A stretch of 63,916 bases of DNA, the filler included, from Collodictyon triciliatum (Eukaryota), in the NCBI GenBank assembly GCA_043381765.1. It is 9 parts of 9 records of this genome, joined end to end, with 100 filler letters (N's around TTAATTAATTAA, not from the genome) between each part and the next. Parts side by side here need not be neighbours in the genome. Positions count along the whole stretch, not along the records: positions 56,157 to 62,775 come from JBHJMP010003414.1; positions 62,876 to 63,916 come from JBHJMP010003586.1; 7 more parts are not named here. One strand, 5' to 3'. Under the pieces are notes generated by a model. It was given only the letters and a program-made list of their open reading frames with translations. It searched no databases and was not told the DNA's origin. The translations under genes were made by a program, and so were the position numbers. Positions 59,230 to 63,916 of the stretch are shown piece by piece. The stretch's first letter is position 1; each line of letters begins with the position of its first letter.

Positions 59230-60406
59230 AAATGAAATAAAGAGACTAAAATACACTAATATTTCGATACTTTCGATTCACAAAAGATGAAGTTGAGTTT
59301 GAAAGAAGGCGATGCGTGGAGGGCGAACTTGAACATAAACTTGATCACCGTCCAACATTCGAGCAGCTGCGAAGCTCAAACATATTGAAGAGTATATTTG
59401 CTTTTACTATTTTATTCTTCTCCAAAGAACCTTTTCTTGTCGCTGATACGATGAAGACACATATCCTCTTCATTACTACTACCTATCAAAAGTGAAGGAA
59501 CTTATACGTTTTATACTCTATTTTTAAAAGGGATAAAAAAATTACCATCATTTTTTTCTATTGGAGGTCTCATTTCTTATTTTCATTTTCATATTTTTCT
59601 CTTTCTTCTTTCCTTGTACATCAACACTATTAGGCGATCCATCTGTCGCTCCTTCTTTGCATGCAACGCAGGAAAGCCTGAGAAAGCAGAAACTAGAGCA
59701 TCAGTTAGAACATAAACTTGAGAAACGCCCTCCCCTTGACGAACTTGTTGACCAACACATCATCACAAACTGTAACTATTCAAGTCATTTAAATTTGTTT
59801 GTTTGTTTGTTTGTTTGTTTGTTTGTTTGTTTGTTTGTTTGTTTGTTTGTTTGTTTGTTTGTTTGTTTGTTTTTTGTTTGTTTTTTTCTTCATTTTTTCA
59901 TTTTCTTGATAAAAATATATAAATAAAAAGATAACATATCACATCCTGACCTATTTCTGTCCTTCCCATTTTAATCCGAAGCGAAAGAAGGTCCGATTGT
60001 CCATCGTGCAAAAGATGCATTGAGAAAGCATCAACTAGAAAGCTGTCTAAGTGAAAAGCTTGAAAACAGGTATTTGGCTCTGAAATGCCCATCGTTCAAT
60101 CATATCTGGGAATTACTCCCTATTAATTAAGACTGTTTGTATTATAATTGTACTTAAATTGAGTATATATTTTACAATTTAATTTTCCCCTGTGCACTCA
60201 TTCTTTTCTTCTCCCTCAATGACTCCATATTATTTACGAAGTTTCTTTTTTTTTTTTTTTGAATTAAAAGACCAACGCTTGATACCCTTCTTCAAAACCA
60301 CATAATCCCATCTGATGGTACGCAGCTTTATGATGTAAAATTGTAGACATACGCCAGTGGTATCAACATATCCAAAGCTTTTCTTTTAGAACAATCGAGT
60401 AACTAA
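57699..60406 (+). CDS. RPEL-repeat (G-actin-binding) protein, about six repeats, multi-exon
   Basis: Spliced repeats LETKIEHRPSKKELVEHNILK, RLDTRPTMEDLADHNILK, KLSHRMTVEDLMQQGIIK, KLDHRPTFEQLRSSNILK, KLEKRPPLDELVDQHII, with VAPSL linkers. Confidence 0.85.
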
Positions 60407-61000
60407 ACTGGTCCACTATTTAAACATAACTACAAGCAGATGTCACACCAAAGAACGAACACCATGAATTACCAACCCCGGAGCAGTAGATATGTTTGTA
60501 AGAAAAATGCCTCATTCGAAATGATTCATATCTCAAGCCATGGGAAACTTGAGCGATTTGCCTTTTATACATACGCAAAGATTGCGCCTTTTAGTCGTCC
60601 TTCATCGCACCGTCTCTGTCTAAACTCCATTATGCATTCGTCCATAAACTCTTTTTTTTTTTAAAATAAAATAAAATAAAATAACACAAATCAACTCACC
60701 GACATGAAAAAAACCGGGCATTATCTCACGAAGTATATATGCGGAATACCATTTGCATAAATTGCTAGTATATCGCACCCTTCGAATAAAAAAAGGAAAG
60801 GAAAAGAAAAGGTAGATGACTAACAAATACAGCACGAGACGGAAAATTGGTCGATGGCCTGGTAAAGATGTATTAAAAACTGTGACACGTCTTTCCTATA
60901 CAGCACGGTACAAAGCAAAGCAAAACAACTAACAAATGACAAACAATCATAATACCATATATATAAAAGATATAAACAAAAATCTGTGGCGCTCATTGTT

Positions 61001-61267
61001 TTATTCATCATCACCATCGGATGCATTGTCCTCCGTCGCATTTTCTGCAGTAGGGTGCGCTGTGGATGTCTTCTTTCTATGCACACGCTTTCTCTTCTTT
61101 TTGATTACCAACTCGCCCGTCACACTGTGGGGCTCGGCCTCGTTCTGTGATGTAGAAGGGAGCGTGAATAAAGAAATATATAAGAGGTAGAGAAAAAAAT
61201 GAAAGAAGGGACACAGTTTGTAAGAGGAATACATAAAACACAAATAATAATAATGATAATAATAATG

Positions 61268-61318
<51 letters not shown>

Positions 61319-62590
61319 CTCGAGTGAGCCCATGAAGCCCACCATTCAAACTCACCAGTTCAAAATCTGTCTTTTTTATCACAATAGACGCAGGGTCAAT
61401 TCTTTTAGCCCTTCCTTGAAATGCTTTCTTTACTTTCTTCGGCTTGGGGGGTTCTGGTGCCTGCGATGCATCTGTGCCGGTTTCTGCGGCAGCCTCGGCC
61501 TTGGCAGCAGCCGACGGGAGCATGCCGAACACTCTTGCATACTTCAGCTGCATATGCAATCATAGATAATTCATCGAGCTTGCACAGTGTGATGGAATCA
61601 TAGATCCAAAGAAGAAGAGAGATGCATCATAAAAGGAAGAAAGGTTCTTCCATTTTCTCCCCTTTTTTTTAAAATGTGCAATACATTATACGCTCAGAAG
61701 CGTTCTCTTGTTTGGTTCTAGATTCTTTTCAGATTATCATATTCAAGTCAAATATACACACCTCTTCAGCTTTTGCTTTACTGTGCGACGACGGGGCCTC
61801 CAATGAGACGATGTTGTGTGCATTAAGAAATACAATTGGAACACATCCCACCAACGAGAGATGACGTTGCAATTTCTTGTCTTGCGTAGCCACTCCAACT
61901 TTTGCGGGATTATCTTCCCCTGTTTTTTTTTTAAAAAAATAAATAAATTAGAATTAAGTAAAATTGAAGAGAAAAGAGAAAAGATGACAACTTTAAGAAA
62001 GAATATATCTTAATGTCGACTTTTAGGTTTGGTACCTATAATATATTTGTGAGAGCTAATTGCAATTACGATGGTGATTTATGGAAAGAAAGAACCATGT
62101 ATTCTGCTGGAGAAGAAAAAGACGTGCCTATAACAGACTGGATACATTCCGAGGGGGTCACACATGGCGTATGTTTGCAAGGGATGTGCTGGAGTCTCCG
62201 CGCGATGAGTGCGGCGTTGCTGTATCCTTCGCCCATGTTCTTCAATTCGTTTACGATACATGCTGTCACACCTGGAGCAAAGATATTTTGAAAAAATATA
62301 TAGATTTTAAAAAAAACAAAGTAATATATGAAATAAACGCAATTATGATAAATGGAAATTGAAGGAAAAAAAGAGAACAAAGCAAGAAGTATAAGGCAGT
62401 GGTGTTGTTTTTCTTGGTGTCCGACGCATTACTGCTGTTACGTCATCGCTCATCACATACCACCAAATGACGTTTAACTTGAGAAAGATACTTACAAGGG
62501 AAGACGTTTTCGAATATGCTATTCAGGCCCTCTCGAAAACCGACTTTACAGACCATACAGGTATGAAGAAAGTTTCCATCGACTACCAAA
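61001..62590 (-). CDS. UTP23: rRNA-processing protein UTP23-like (Fcf1/PIN family), multi-exon, 5' end missing
   Basis: LVVDGNF, VTACIVNELKNMG, IPCKH...PSECIQSVIG, VGVATQD, VPIVF...VSLEAPS and a lysine-rich C-terminal tail (KKKRKRVHRKK). Confidence 0.8.
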
Positions 62591-62775
62591 GTGATGTTTA
62601 AGTTATATCAAATACATAAATGAATATATGAAAGGAGTAAAAATAAAAAGCAAAAGGACAAGAAACAAAACAAAAACAAAAAACAAACAAACAAACAAAC
62701 AAACAAACAAACAAACAAACAAACAAACAAACAAACAAACAAACAAACAAACAAACAAACAAACAAACAAACAAA

Positions 62776-62875
62776 NNNNNNNNNNNNNNNNNNNNNNNNN
62801 NNNNNNNNNNNNNNNNNNNTTAATTAATTAANNNNNNNNNNNNNNNNNNNNNNNNNNNNNNNNNNNNNNNNNNNN
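62776..62875. other. Artificial contig linker
   Basis: N44-TTAATTAATTAA-N44. Confidence 0.98.
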
Positions 62876-63817
62876 ACTTCAGGTTGCAATTCCAAACACC
62901 ACCAAATATTAATGCGACAGAAAAAAGTTTGATAGAACTGTGCCGAACCGATTTCTGGGTTGTTGTGGGGCCCTTTGAAGGAGAAACGTCATACTCGATG
63001 CTGGCGCCGAGAAGATCGTCGTCCTCGTCATCCATGACAAAGCCTTTTGACTTTGAAGGCGGGTTCTGCTTACCTTTCGAAGAGGCGCCAAAGCCGCTGC
63101 GTGTGGCCGTTTGCATCCGCGACATGACTCGACTCCGCCTTGTTCGAGTATCGTGAGAATCGGTTGCGGCAGTTTCACGTTCCACACCCCCGGTGAAGCG
63201 AGTTCGCCGACAGAGAATATTTGAATGAAAAAACAGGTAAGTGAAAATAAATATATTGTTGAAATGCTAAAAATATTAAAATTCAATTGAAAAATTATAT
63301 TATAGGATGATATGATTACATATTAACTAATGAACATAATTTCCAGATTTATTCTTATCCAATCTGTGTATCGATTCGGAAGTCGTCACCAACCATAGCA
63401 TCCGTCAAACCCCAAATCACCCGATCCTATTTATTCAGCAGCGGAGCTTGTTAAAAAAATAGAAAAAAAAGATGTGCGTTCGAGAAACAAACGTCGCCTG
63501 CCCAGAGTCAGACAGGGTGCCGAAAGGCTGAGAATAATCACTCGGCTCGAGCGCTCTTCATCCCCACGAAGCGAGTCTTTTCCTTGCCGTCACTAACCAC
63601 CATGCCTGACTCTATGTTGTCTTTGCCCAGCCTGGATGGAAACGCCGCTCCCAGTGTTTCTTCTCAACCTTTGTCAAGCTGTGATCGAACTCTCCCACCT
63701 GGACTCTGTCTTCATCAGAACGCCGGCCTCCAGCTCCGAGGTACATTTCGCTTGCATAATTCACTCAACTCGAGAACAATACCAAACTAAGAACATCACA
63801 TACATTAATTACACATG

Positions 63818-63821
63818 AAAA

Positions 63822-63916
<95 letters not shown>
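63818..63916. repeat. (AAAT)n microsatellite
   Basis: Tetramer array at the window end. Confidence 0.95.

Noticed and set aside
62876-63790. Possible minus-strand exon(s) (MSRMQTATRSGFG...DDEDDDLLG)
   Set aside because: Low-complexity sequence, truncated by the linker, with no identifiable domain.

Overview
Eukaryotic, intron-rich, microsatellite-rich DNA, probably from a flagellated aerobic protist (inferred from CFAP141-like and CMC2-like genes). The window is not one locus: it is nine contigs joined by artificial 100-nt linkers (N44-TTAATTAATTAA-N44). Spliced host genes recognisable by motifs: folylpolyglutamate synthase, an ADO/PCO-family thiol dioxygenase, CFAP141-like, a P5B-ATPase, a syntaxin-like exon, NOMO, IQCC-like, CMC2, a GATA/zf-CW protein, DBR1, Kelch-repeat gene(s), an ankyrin exon, an RPEL-repeat protein and UTP23. 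The main finding is an intronless, compact, virus-like gene block at ~30.2-34.3 kb. It encodes an intact 529-aa protein with the motif pattern of a Polinton-like virus (PLV) double-jelly-roll major capsid protein, suggesting an endogenous DNA virus. A second intronless block (43.0-48.9 kb) looks like one decayed ~1,860-codon ORF followed by a C-rich tract with telomere-like hexamers. A short poly(A)-tailed retroposed sequence occurs three times, once with a clear 15-18 bp target-site duplication. All family calls are from motif recognition by eye; no searches were run. Exon boundaries are manual predictions.
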